Shown: positions 37,109-45,819 of the stretch, one piece after another
Numbering within the stretch: the first letter of the stretch is position 1
Layout: every line of letters begins with the position of its first letter
IMG/VR virus record: IMGVR_UViG_3300037067_027616
Span: 64,001-128,000 of that record
DNA length: 64,000 nt
Direction: 5' to 3' (one strand)
From: a virus
Lineage: Duplodnaviria; Caudoviricetes
Made by a program: the position numbers and the translations under genes
Notes under the pieces: model-generated
What the model saw: only the letters and a program-made list of their open reading frames with translations
Told to the model about the DNA's origin: nothing
Databases searched by the model: none

Positions 37109-38895
37109 CGCTCACCCCTTACATTGAAGTGAATCCGTCCACCATGGACGGACGGAATCTACTACCTCCCGCTGACCCACTGCTCATACGTCCGCCGACA
37201 ACTGCGGGACAACCCCCTCACGTCCCGCTCCACCCTCCTGTGCATCACCGACCCCTGCCGGACCACTTCCCCATGCACTCGGGACAGGGCTGCACGACTT
37301 TCAACACCACCCCCACCCACAAGGATGGCCAACCCTATCACCCCAAGGAACATCAAAAACACCTTGCCGGAACTTACCATGTCACACCCCCTGAAGATAG
37401 AATCCTTCCACCCATGGACGGACGGAAAACCCTACCTCTCCGCCGACACCCGCTGGTACTCCTTGATGGCCTCACGTGCCACGTCAGACACAAGGTCGAG
37501 GGATACGAACCGATACTCGGGACGCTCTATCAAGGTGCCTACCACCCGGTCGGTGAGGTCTATCTGATCGATAGCAGACTCTACCCTCTGCTTGGCTGTC
37601 TTCCGACTATTCATATTATCCATCCTTTCCTCAAGATCGGACACCCGATTCGGTAGATTCTCGTCCTGAAGCCTCTCGATGTCATAATGCAAAGTGCATT
37701 CCCGATCTCCACACTGACCCATCGCATACCCCCTCCCCCTGAAGTGAATCCATCCACCCATGGACGGACGGAAACTACGTGTTGTGAGTGCCCCGGTACC
37801 CCTCCACCAGAAGCTCGTAAAGAAACGCCGCCGCAAACCTGTCCAACCCGATAGGGTTCAGGTCACGCGACAACTCGTCTATCATCCTCCGCGCATCCGA
37901 ACGATACGCCCCCACCTGACCCTCATCCTTCGGAAGCGTCAAAGGAACCCCCTCCGTACCAAGAAACACCACCGTCTGACTCTCCCCCACATCCACCACC
38001 TTCACCAACCCACCCGTCTTCAACCCGTATATCTTGTCAGCCATAATCCTACCCCCTTCAGTGGAAGGAAAACCCTTCAACACCGACCCGTATCAACCAA
38101 CATCCCCGACGGATCATCACCACCCTGCACAATAACACTCACACCCTTCATATCCTCCGCCGGAAACTTACTCGCCATACCAGCCGCCACCGCATCAAGA
38201 ACACGGTCACAAGCCTCCGTAACCGTCCCACAAGGCACCCGCACCCGTATCTTCGCCGTAAACCATACACTCGACTTACCCTGCCCGGAAACAGCCTTCC
38301 TCTTCATCTCAAACCCCCCTTCGCTACAACCCGTATGGACTCACCATCACATACCAATACACGGGACCCAAGAAAATTCAAAGACTGACGCTTCGACTTA
38401 CCACACGCAGGACACACAAACTTGTCAGACCAATTCTTGAAGGAATACCGTAACTCAACCCCCATAACCCGCTTGCACTCCACCGGTTTATGAATCATAA
38501 GATTCACCTTCCCTAACCCTGTGAGACACGACCATACAAAGAACCCAAAGCCGCCTTTGAACAACGAGAACAGTACCATACCATCCTGCCATACACAGAT
38601 ACCGTCAAAGAAACAACACCGGAAGGTATGTACCTGCCACACTTGTGACACCTCTCCGACCCACCAGGAGTACACGCCATTGAAAAGACTACACAAGGCC
38701 CCATGTGAATGAACCTGTCCCTTTTGACACCCTTGGCAACCTTCCTCGTAATCATGACCCCTCCCATTCTGGAAACCTTTCTGGCAACCTTACCTTGACA
38801 CCGACCCCGTACAAAAGAAGTCACCGTTACCGTCCCCACCAAGACACCGACCCTCCCCCGTACTGGAGGTCCCCGTTACCGACCCCTGTGAACCT

Positions 38896-38924
38896 AATAT
38901 ACTAAATTCCAAACCGCTTGTCAA
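38896..38924 (-). promoter_or_regulatory. sigma70 promoter TTGACA-N17-TATATT
   Basis: Exact motif. Confidence 0.85.
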
Positions 38925-39281
38925 CAGGTTTCTCTGGTACCTGGAAAACCTTGATTTCTTACGGATTACTTGCGCCCCTCGGGGACGGTGACCTTTCCTT
39001 CCGCCCATGGAAGGAAACCAACACTTACCCACAGCTACCCCCGGCCACCCACTTTGCATTCAGGGGGACGGTGACCTTCAGGTAAATTATCAAGAAAACG
39101 TCCGTGTGCGGGCGGAAAAGGCCCCAATGTGAAGGAAACGCCACAAAGACTTTCAGGTAAAATTTTTCAGGAGGGGTAAAGTGTCCTCTGGGGACGGTGA
39201 CTTTGATACTTGATAATCCTGAAGGTCGCCGTCCTTATTTGGCACATGAATCCGTAGTAGGCTTAGCCGGGGGAAATCGAT
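38925..39281. other. repeat-rich non-coding segment; candidate replication origin or genome terminus
   Basis: GGGGACGGTGAC at 38981, 39064 and 39190; inverted repeat 39066-39094 / 39209-39234; lies at a GC-skew inversion. Confidence 0.5.
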
Positions 39282-39533
39282 TTATATCATTTTAGACCGA
39301 GATCTTGATCCCGAAAGTGCCCGGGGTCCTGACAGGGATACCGCTTGTGAAATGGATCGTGATTCCGACCGTGAACCTGACAGGGACTGTAACAGGGACT
39401 GTGACCCCGACCGTGACACAGACATGGATCGATGCCCCGCCCGTGACATTGATATGGACCAAGACACAGACACGGATCGTGACAGGGAAAAGGATCCTTG
39501 ATAGAGGGTTGCATAGAGGAGTGCTTGGTTCAT
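39282..39533 (-). CDS. MNQA-leader Ser-alternating peptide 5
   Basis: MNQALLYATLYQG-(SX)n. Confidence 0.65.
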   Translation of the reverse strand: MNQALLYATLYQGSFSLSRSVSVSWSISMSRAGHRSMSVSRSGSQSLLQSLSGSRSESRSISQAVSLSGPRALSGSRSRSKMI

Positions 39534-39536
39534 GGT

Positions 39537-39755
39537 TTATGTCCCAGACCACGAATGTGATTCAGACCGGAATCGTGACCACGGTTGTGATGTGGACACA
39601 TACGACAACAGTGATTTTGATCTGGATCTGGATGTCGCCCCGGTCATAGACTTTGACACCGATCGGGACGATGATCGTGACCCCGACAGTGACCGTGACA
39701 TGGACCACGTCGTGGGAATTTTAAAAAGTCCTGTATAGAGGATAGCCTGGTTCAT
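39537..39755 (-). CDS. MNQA-leader Ser-alternating peptide 4
   Basis: MNQAILYTG...(SX)n. Confidence 0.65.
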   Translation of the reverse strand: MNQAILYTGLFKIPTTWSMSRSLSGSRSSSRSVSKSMTGATSRSRSKSLLSYVSTSQPWSRFRSESHSWSGT

Positions 39756-39772
39756 GGTTTAGTCCATTATAC

Positions 39773-40036
39773 CTACACCGATTTCGACCGGGACAACGCC
39801 CGTGACCCGGTCCGTGACCCCGACATGGATCCGGTCCGTGACAGGGATTGTGACACCGACCGTAACATGGGCCCCGACCGGGACAGGGACCGTGACTGTG
39901 ACAGGGATCGTAACAGGGACACCGACCGTGACCCGGTCCGTGACAGGGACATGGACCCCGACCGTGACAGTGACCCCGACCGTGACAGTGACCCCGACCC
40001 TAAATAAAATCCTGTGAAGAAGGTTGCTTGGTTCAT
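39773..40036 (-). CDS. MNQA-leader Ser-alternating peptide 3
   Basis: MNQATFFTG...(SX)n. Confidence 0.65.
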   Translation of the reverse strand: MNQATFFTGFYLGSGSLSRSGSLSRSGSMSLSRTGSRSVSLLRSLSQSRSLSRSGPMLRSVSQSLSRTGSMSGSRTGSRALSRSKSV

Positions 40037-40331
40037 GTTTTATACCCCGACCGGGACAGGGACCGTGACACCGACAGGGGCGTCGACCGTAACCCCGACA
40101 GGGACGTCGACCGTAACCCCGACACCGTGACTTCGACCAAGACCTCAGCAGGGACCGTGACCCCGATGTCGACCGTGACATGGATCGTGACCCCGACCGT
40201 GACAGGGATTGTGACCCCGACACCGAACGTGACAGGGACCGTGACCTCAACACCGACCGTGACCTCAACACCGACCGTGACATGGATCGGGACACCGACA
40301 AGGATCCTTGGTAGAGGATTGCTTGGTTCAT
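40033..40331 (-). pseudogene. MNQA-leader Ser-alternating peptide 2, frameshifted near 40125
   Basis: (SX)n register switches frame at KSR|CRG and resumes as SGLRSTSLS...GYKT*. Confidence 0.55.
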
Positions 40332-40334
40332 GGT

Positions 40335-40601
40335 TTATTTCCTGACCAGGACTGTGACCCTGACAGGGACCGGGACTGTGACCCCCGATCGGGACCCCGA
40401 CTTGGACACCGATCGGGACACCGACCGGGACTTTGACCATGACAGGGACATGGTTTGTGACATCGACCCCGACCATGATTCCGACCATGACCCATACCGT
40501 GACCCAGACAGGGATCCTGACCGGGACTCCGACAGGGATCCTGACAGGGACACCGATCGTGACCCCGACAAGGATCCTTGATAGAGGGTTGCTTGGTTCA
40601 T
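40335..40601 (-). CDS. MNQA-leader Ser-alternating peptide 1
   Basis: MNQATLYQG-(SX)n. Confidence 0.65.
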   Translation of the reverse strand: MNQATLYQGSLSGSRSVSLSGSLSESRSGSLSGSRYGSWSESWSGSMSQTMSLSWSKSRSVSRSVSKSGSRSGVTVPVPVRVTVLVRK

Positions 40602-40613
40602 GCCATAGGTATC

Positions 40614-40901
40614 TTATTTCTGCACGCGCGGCAGAGGGTGTGTGATGATGTTGGCATCCACTATGGATCCTCTTCCGATGATTACTTCGCGATCATCGGG
40701 GTAGGGTTCCACCTCGGAGTAGTCCCCTTTGGACACCGCCTCCGTGAACCGTCCATCGACGGCTATCCACGCGGCCGTTTCGAGGACGATCTCTTTGTCG
40801 TACACCGCCTTCAGCCTGCCGGTGTAATGAAACGTGACGGTACGGATGAAGTAATTCTCACCGACCATGAAGGGGTGTCCCTGCTCTTCCATTTTACCCA
40901 T
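40614..40901 (-). CDS. small beta-rich (SH3/Sm-like) phage protein heading the peptide array
   Basis: AAAGGA RBS; VGENYFIRTVT.HYTGRL...LETAAWIA.DGRF. Confidence 0.7.
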   Translation of the reverse strand: MGKMEEQGHPFMVGENYFIRTVTFHYTGRLKAVYDKEIVLETAAWIAVDGRFTEAVSKGDYSEVEPYPDDREVIIGRGSIVDANIITHPLPRVQK

Positions 40902-40923
40902 GGTGTATCCTTTCGTTAAAATG

Positions 40924-41175
40924 TTATCCCCGCTGCAGGCGCCATCTAGACAAACTCTCGAGCCAGGCATCCCCACAGGTGAGGTACCCCGGTAGTTTAC
41001 TCAAGTCATCCCCGTACACCACCTCACATATGACATTGGAGTGTACCTTCCTGAACAACGCCTCAAACGCCACAGGGTCACCAGACAGGTACTCCGCATG
41101 GTCCAAGGTGTCCCACGGCAGCCCTGACCCACGCAAGTGTTCTAGTAAACTGTGTATGTCGTCACAGGTCATCAT
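40924..41175 (-). CDS. hypothetical protein with shared C-terminal tail
   Basis: LSKLPGYL...SRWRL. Confidence 0.5.
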   Translation of the reverse strand: MMTCDDIHSLLEHLRGSGLPWDTLDHAEYLSGDPVAFEALFRKVHSNVICEVVYGDDLSKLPGYLTCGDAWLESLSRWRLQRG

Positions 41176-41224
41176 GGTGTGGGGTATCCTTGTCCTTCAC
41201 GAATATACCATTTTGAGATGCCGT

Positions 41225-41602
41225 TTATCGTTTGGGGTACTCGTATTTCACCTTGCGGATGCGCAGGAGGTTGGAGGCCTGTGGTTCTAGGGCTACATCA
41301 CCCGCTGCTCTGGTAGCCGCCTCGAAGGAGACATCCACCCCATCATCTTTGGGGGACATGGTGACCTTGACGCCCGCGGACTCACAGGTGACGGTGTTTG
41401 CCTGGATGTACCTGGGGATGAGTTTGTTTTCGGTCATGCACACCATGTCCAGGGTCGAGAACGGGGACGGGGTCTGCGTGTCCACATATTCCTTGAGGGC
41501 CTGTTCGCCGGCGCTTACGGACATCTCCAGGTCATGGATGTAGGACTGGGCCCATTTGGGGAGTTTTCCAAAGGCGGCCAAATCCGGTGTCCTGATAGTC
41601 AT
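41225..41602 (-). CDS. hypothetical protein
   Basis: KLPKWAQ.YI..LE motif; coupled ORF. Confidence 0.6.
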   Translation of the reverse strand: MTIRTPDLAAFGKLPKWAQSYIHDLEMSVSAGEQALKEYVDTQTPSPFSTLDMVCMTENKLIPRYIQANTVTCESAGVKVTMSPKDDGVDVSFEAATRAAGDVALEPQASNLLRIRKVKYEYPKR

Positions 41603-42066
41603 AGGGTAGGTCCTTTCGGCAGCGTCAGCCGCCAGTTGATGTATGCGTCCAAGGTGGGGTGTATCCCCTGCAGTCTGAGCAGTTCATTGATAGGAAGTTT
41701 TACCAGGTCTTCGATAAAGTCGGCCTTTGGTTCACATTTGGTGATCTCCCATGTGCCGTCCTTATGCAGTGCGTACTCCTGTATAAGTCTGCCGTCCTCA
41801 CTGAAGGCTTTTTGAGTGTCCTCTTTCTCGGTGATTTTGCATGCGAGGGCCAGTATGGGTATGTCCTTGGCACTCACGCATCCGTATTTTGAGTATATAC
41901 CTTCCCACCCTGTACGGTTGGATATGGTAAGCCTATTATTTGAGGCTTGTTCTATGGCCCTTTTGGGCTGGATGGATGTACTCCACCCCTTCTCCTTGAG
42001 GATCCTGGCAAAGGTTTTGGTGTTCTCCATGTTTTTAAATAGTGATATCAAGTTTCTGAAGACCAT
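41599..42066 (-). CDS. hypothetical protein (tandem paralog of 42137-42625)
   Basis: GGAGG RBS; AIEQASNNRLTI; GIHPTLDAYINWRL. Confidence 0.7.
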   Translation of the reverse strand: MVFRNLISLFKNMENTKTFARILKEKGWSTSIQPKRAIEQASNNRLTISNRTGWEGIYSKYGCVSAKDIPILALACKITEKEDTQKAFSEDGRLIQEYALHKDGTWEITKCEPKADFIEDLVKLPINELLRLQGIHPTLDAYINWRLTLPKGPTL

Positions 42067-42136
42067 GGGGTACCTCCAGGTTACCGACCATGCGGGCCGT
42101 GTTTAGGTGAGGTTCTAGGGTAGGTACTCGGCTCTT

Positions 42137-42625
42137 TCACGGGGTTTCCTTCGCAGGCGCCGGGTCGGGGTCGGCGAGGCGCCTGTTTATGTACTCGTCC
42201 AGGCACTCGTGGATGCCCATCAGTGGTACCAAAGAAGTCACAGGCAGCCCCATGATGGCGTCTACCACCCCGGAGACATCGGTGGGCCTGTAGTCTATCA
42301 TGGTAGCCTTGCCTTTGGCGCTTACCTTGTAGTGCACCCGGAGACCTTGGTAGGAGTCTTCGGAGCGCAGATATAAAAAGTCGTCCTTTTTTCCGCCGGC
42401 TTTTATCACCCTGCAGATGAGGGGGAGGTCGGCTTCTGTGGCGTGGTGGTATTCGGCGTCCACCACGTGCCAATAATCCCTGCCATGCGCCTTCTTGACG
42501 GTGATACGTCCCCCTGAGGCTTCCTGGAGGGCCTTTTTGGGGTCTTTCGATTTGGACAGGCCGTCCTTTTTGAGTCCCTCGATGAAGGTGTACATATCTT
42601 CTCTCTTGAACCTGTCACCGTACAT
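42137..42625 (-). CDS. hypothetical protein (tandem paralog of 41599-42066)
   Basis: GGAGG RBS; ALQEASGGRITV; GIHECLDEYINRRL. Confidence 0.7.
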   Translation of the reverse strand: MYGDRFKREDMYTFIEGLKKDGLSKSKDPKKALQEASGGRITVKKAHGRDYWHVVDAEYHHATEADLPLICRVIKAGGKKDDFLYLRSEDSYQGLRVHYKVSAKGKATMIDYRPTDVSGVVDAIMGLPVTSLVPLMGIHECLDEYINRRLADPDPAPAKETP

Positions 42626-43165
42626 GGTGTCCTCCTGTGTCCGGGGGTGCTAAGTATCTCCACGGTGATGTGCTTTTGTGGAGATACTTAGTGGGGGTTT
42701 TACCTTTCATCGGTGAGTATTTCGATTTGTCTTCGGACCTCCACGTAGGCGGGGTGTCTGGTGTAGAGCATCCTTGTTTCCCGGATACGTTTGAGGACCA
42801 TCTTCTGGCGGTCCATACGGTTGTCCAGTTCACTTACCACCCGTTTATAGGTGTTCAGTTCACGGTTCTTGCCTATGTCCTTGATCCAGATGATGAGGTT
42901 CACGATGGCCAGCAGGACAGTGAGTACGAGCAGGATGATGTTCATTCCTCCACCCCCACAGGTGCATCTTGGATCAGGACGACTTGTCCGTTCTCGAGCA
43001 GCAGGTCTGCTCCGGCGTCCACATCGCCGTCCCCTACCTTGGTCACTTCACCGATCGTGAAGAAATCGGCGTTGCCGTTCCCATCGCAGCCTTCGGTCAC
43101 CACGACCTTCTGGTCAAGCTGTTTTGCGGATAGCGTTGACAGGTACTTCTTCAGTTCACGGTATG

Positions 43166-43645
43166 TCATGCTGTGGCCCCCATTTCGTTGGCGATGGCTT
43201 CGATGCGGTCCCCGTACTTCATGGTCATGTACTTCTTGACGGCGGGGGTGTATATGGACTTCACGGTGCGCCAGGTGTCGGGCTTGTCGCCTTTGAGCCG
43301 GAACACGGTTTTGGTACGGCACCACCGGTGGATTTGTTCCTGTGCGCGGCGTTCGTTGTCCTTCTTGAGCCACTCACTGAACAGGTCGTCTATGACCATG
43401 TCGGTATCGCACGGGATGGTGTACCCTTGGTACACGTGGGGAGGCTGGGCCTTGCAGAAGGCCGTGAAGGCCTCCCACCGGGTGCCATTGGTGGTGAGGT
43501 TGAAGTCGTAGTTGTTGCTCCCGCCACAGCCTTGGTTGCTTACGCGGGCGAGGAGTCTGCCGTCCGTCCACACTTCCGCGGAGAAGCAGTTGGTCTCGTC
43601 GGACATGTCCTCATGGTACTTGACCTTACGGAGTTCGATGTTCAT
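43166..43645 (-). CDS. phage hypothetical protein
   Basis: MSDETNCFSA...VSNQGCGG. Confidence 0.7.
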   Translation of the reverse strand: MNIELRKVKYHEDMSDETNCFSAEVWTDGRLLARVSNQGCGGSNNYDFNLTTNGTRWEAFTAFCKAQPPHVYQGYTIPCDTDMVIDDLFSEWLKKDNERRAQEQIHRWCRTKTVFRLKGDKPDTWRTVKSIYTPAVKKYMTMKYGDRIEAIANEMGATA

Positions 43646-43648
43646 GGG

Positions 43649-44170
43649 TTATCCTATCTTTGAGAGGGGGACCCATTCCTTGGTTTTCTTCCCCCCGAAC
43701 AGCCGTCCGGAGAGGTACCGTTTCACGTCCTCGATGGGGACACTCTTGCGGCCGTAGCCAAAGTAGTGGTCTATCCACCGATCGGCACAGTACCCGCGCC
43801 ATTCCACGTCACAGGTCTTCTTGTTGACTTTGGTGACCACGTAGGGGGCGGAGCCGTCAGCGACGCCTATATGGAACAAGGCGCCCACGGCGACGGTTCT
43901 GGTGGGGAGGGTCGCGTCCAAGGCGATGGCCTTATCGTACTCGGCTTGGATGTACTTGTCGTATTCGCTTTCCCCGAAGGTTCCGAAGGGGATGTCCTTG
44001 AGGGCTGTCTCGGGGACGGCATGGGACACGGGACGGATGGCATCATCGACTACAGCGTATCCCATGGGAATGTGCTTGTAGATGTCCTTATTGAAGGTGG
44101 AGCGGTCGACGTAGATTCCGTAGTGGGTACCCCTGCTGTCTTTCCATTTGACATGATAACGAGTTTTCAT
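43649..44170 (-). CDS. phage hypothetical protein
   Basis: VADGSAPYVV motif; AGGAG RBS. Confidence 0.7.
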   Translation of the reverse strand: MKTRYHVKWKDSRGTHYGIYVDRSTFNKDIYKHIPMGYAVVDDAIRPVSHAVPETALKDIPFGTFGESEYDKYIQAEYDKAIALDATLPTRTVAVGALFHIGVADGSAPYVVTKVNKKTCDVEWRGYCADRWIDHYFGYGRKSVPIEDVKRYLSGRLFGGKKTKEWVPLSKIG

Positions 44171-44183
44171 TGTCTAGCTCCTT

Positions 44184-44573
44184 TCAGTCCCACACCTTGG
44201 TGGACACGCCGAGCATGATTGCGACTTCGGGGTACCCCTCCTGGGTGGTGCCCATGGCGTCCCCTACCAGTTCACAGAGTGCGCGGTCGTACTCGTTGTT
44301 CTCGTCGCCGTCTTCGGACTTGAGGGCTTTGGCGCATTCGATCAAGTTCCTGAAGGTGATGTTGCCCCGGGGCACCTTGGTGGCTACGGGTTCGAAGGCC
44401 ACTTCGAACACGCACCAGCCGGAGGCGTCGGACAGGATGTCTGCGGCGCGCGCATCGGCGTCCTCTGCATCGTCGGCCTCGAACACCCACCCCTTGTACT
44501 TTTTGGCGAGGTTGGCGGCGAGTTTCTTGTTGCTGTCCGTGTCGAACTTGACCTTGGTGACCTTGAACTTCAT
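44184..44573 (-). CDS. hypothetical protein
   Basis: Start refined to MKFKV. Confidence 0.6.
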   Translation of the reverse strand: MKFKVTKVKFDTDSNKKLAANLAKKYKGWVFEADDAEDADARAADILSDASGWCVFEVAFEPVATKVPRGNITFRNLIECAKALKSEDGDENNEYDRALCELVGDAMGTTQEGYPEVAIMLGVSTKVWD

Positions 44574-44829
44574 GACTGCCCCCTTTCGATTTCCCACCAT
44601 CCAGTGAATCCCCGGTCCTCGTCTTCCCACAGGAGTTGACCCGAGGTATACCCCTGCACGATCATTTCCTTTATGTGTTCCTCGGCATGCTCCATGAGGA
44701 TGTCCACCATGTCCTCGAGGGGACCTCCCCACCACCGGACGGCGACCTTGTGGGCACATACCTCGATGGTACCTTCGTGACTGCTTACATCCCTGAGTTC
44801 CGTGGCCATTGACCCTCCCTTTCTTGAGT

Positions 44830-44858
44830 AATATACTAAAATAAAACACGTTTGTCAA
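44830..44858 (-). promoter_or_regulatory. sigma70 promoter TTGACA-N17-TATATT
   Basis: Exact motif. Confidence 0.85.
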
Positions 44859-44871
44859 CAGGTTTCTTGTG

Positions 44872-45315
44872 TCATGGGAAAACTTGCATGAGATACGTGC
44901 AGTACCCCTTGCCTTTTAAGGTCACCGGGAGGTTGAGTATCACGTTTCTTTGAAAGGTACCCCTCCCCTTTACCGTAGAGGCCTTCAAATCCCTGCGTAC
45001 GGTCAGGTAGGCCCTACCCCCAGGCGCCAGGAGGCCCTGGATGTCACCGAGGATATAGGGTACATCTTTGGGGTCTACGACGTTGAGGACGTAGGTGCAG
45101 GTGACGGTGTCGTACTCCCCTTCCGGTCTGTGTGGGCAAAAGTGGGTGTCATACTTGTCCATCCCATAGGTTTCGGCGTCTTTGCCGTATCCGCACCCGT
45201 AGTCGAGCATCCTTCCCAGGAGCAGGCCGGCCTTTTTCAATGAGCGGGCGGGCGCCGAGGGGGTTACCCTGTGGATAGCCGTCAGGTACGAGGATGTAGG
45301 GTAGGTCTTTGCCAT
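44872..45315 (-). CDS. class I SAM-dependent methyltransferase-like protein
   Basis: LDYGCGYGKD; YDTVTCTYVLNVV; LAPGGRAYLTVRRD. Confidence 0.8.
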   Translation of the reverse strand: MAKTYPTSSYLTAIHRVTPSAPARSLKKAGLLLGRMLDYGCGYGKDAETYGMDKYDTHFCPHRPEGEYDTVTCTYVLNVVDPKDVPYILGDIQGLLAPGGRAYLTVRRDLKASTVKGRGTFQRNVILNLPVTLKGKGYCTYLMQVFP

Positions 45316-45409
45316 GGGGTACCTCTCCTTGTGAGCGAGCTGCGGCGCCTGTTATGGTCCTGGTGGTGAGGGGGATACCCCCTGTGTTTCCTTCCATACA
45401 GGTGCAAGG

Positions 45410-45449
45410 AAAACAAAAGACCCCGGGGGATACTGTCCCCCGGGGTCCT
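45410..45449 (-). terminator. Rho-independent terminator
   Basis: GACCCCGGGGGA-CAGTA-TCCCCCGGGGTC-TTTTGTTTT. Confidence 0.8.
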
Positions 45450-45473
45450 CCCCTGACTGGTAGCTGAAGGAAG

Positions 45474-45674
45474 CTACCGTCTGACGACCAGGCCCTGCTT
45501 GTCTGCGACCTCGTTGACGCACTGCACGGACACCTTCAGCTTGCGGGCGATGTCTGACTGTGACATCTTGCCCGTTTTGTAGTACTTCTTCAGGAAGTAG
45601 CTGGCCGCCTTTGAGCGACTCATCCGTCGGGTGCGATACGAGACTACCTTCTCGCGGATCGTGACGAGTTTCAT
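45474..45674 (-). CDS. small HTH DNA-binding protein
   Basis: MSQSDIARKLKVSVQCVNEV; has its own promoter and terminator. Confidence 0.7.
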   Translation of the reverse strand: MKLVTIREKVVSYRTRRMSRSKAASYFLKKYYKTGKMSQSDIARKLKVSVQCVNEVADKQGLVVRR

Positions 45675-45731
45675 GCATTTCCTCCTTCTTTAAGGTTTTA
45701 TGCCTGTTCACCATCTTCACGCGTCCCACCT

Positions 45732-45760
45732 AATATACACTATTCAAACGCGATTGTCAA
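45732..45760 (-). promoter_or_regulatory. sigma70 promoter TTGACA-N17-TATATT
   Basis: Exact motif; palindromic site abuts the -35 box. Confidence 0.8.
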
Positions 45761-45819
45761 GTAAAATCCTTCCATCTAGATGGACGGAAACCTTTAGTCT
45801 CCTTAGTTTGGGTTCTTGT

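Larger units (their letters stand above)
34636..45791. repeat. dispersed palindromic motif TCCKTCCR-N4/5-TGGAMGGA (9 copies)
   Basis: Copies at about 34636, 35935, 37132, 37401, 37747, 38046, 38995, 45388 and 45765, all intergenic. Confidence 0.75.

Noticed and set aside
35935-38073. Intergenic palindromes as a second attC array
   Set aside because: They are only about 22-28 bp, conserved in sequence, and lack AAC/GTT cores and cassette-end complementarity.
39282-40601. CRISPR array or pure DNA satellite
   Set aside because: There is no constant repeat with unique spacers. The units are degenerate hexamers that keep a Ser-X codon register behind repeated ATG leaders.
39287-40645. Asp/Arg-, Thr/Val- and Val/Gly-repeat ORFs in other frames
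   Set aside because: These are shadow frames of the same repeats. Only the Ser frame has the conserved MNQA start and tight stop-start spacing on the coding strand.
41202-41230. Additional member of the promoter family
   Set aside because: TATATT is present but there is no credible -35 box at 17 bp spacing.
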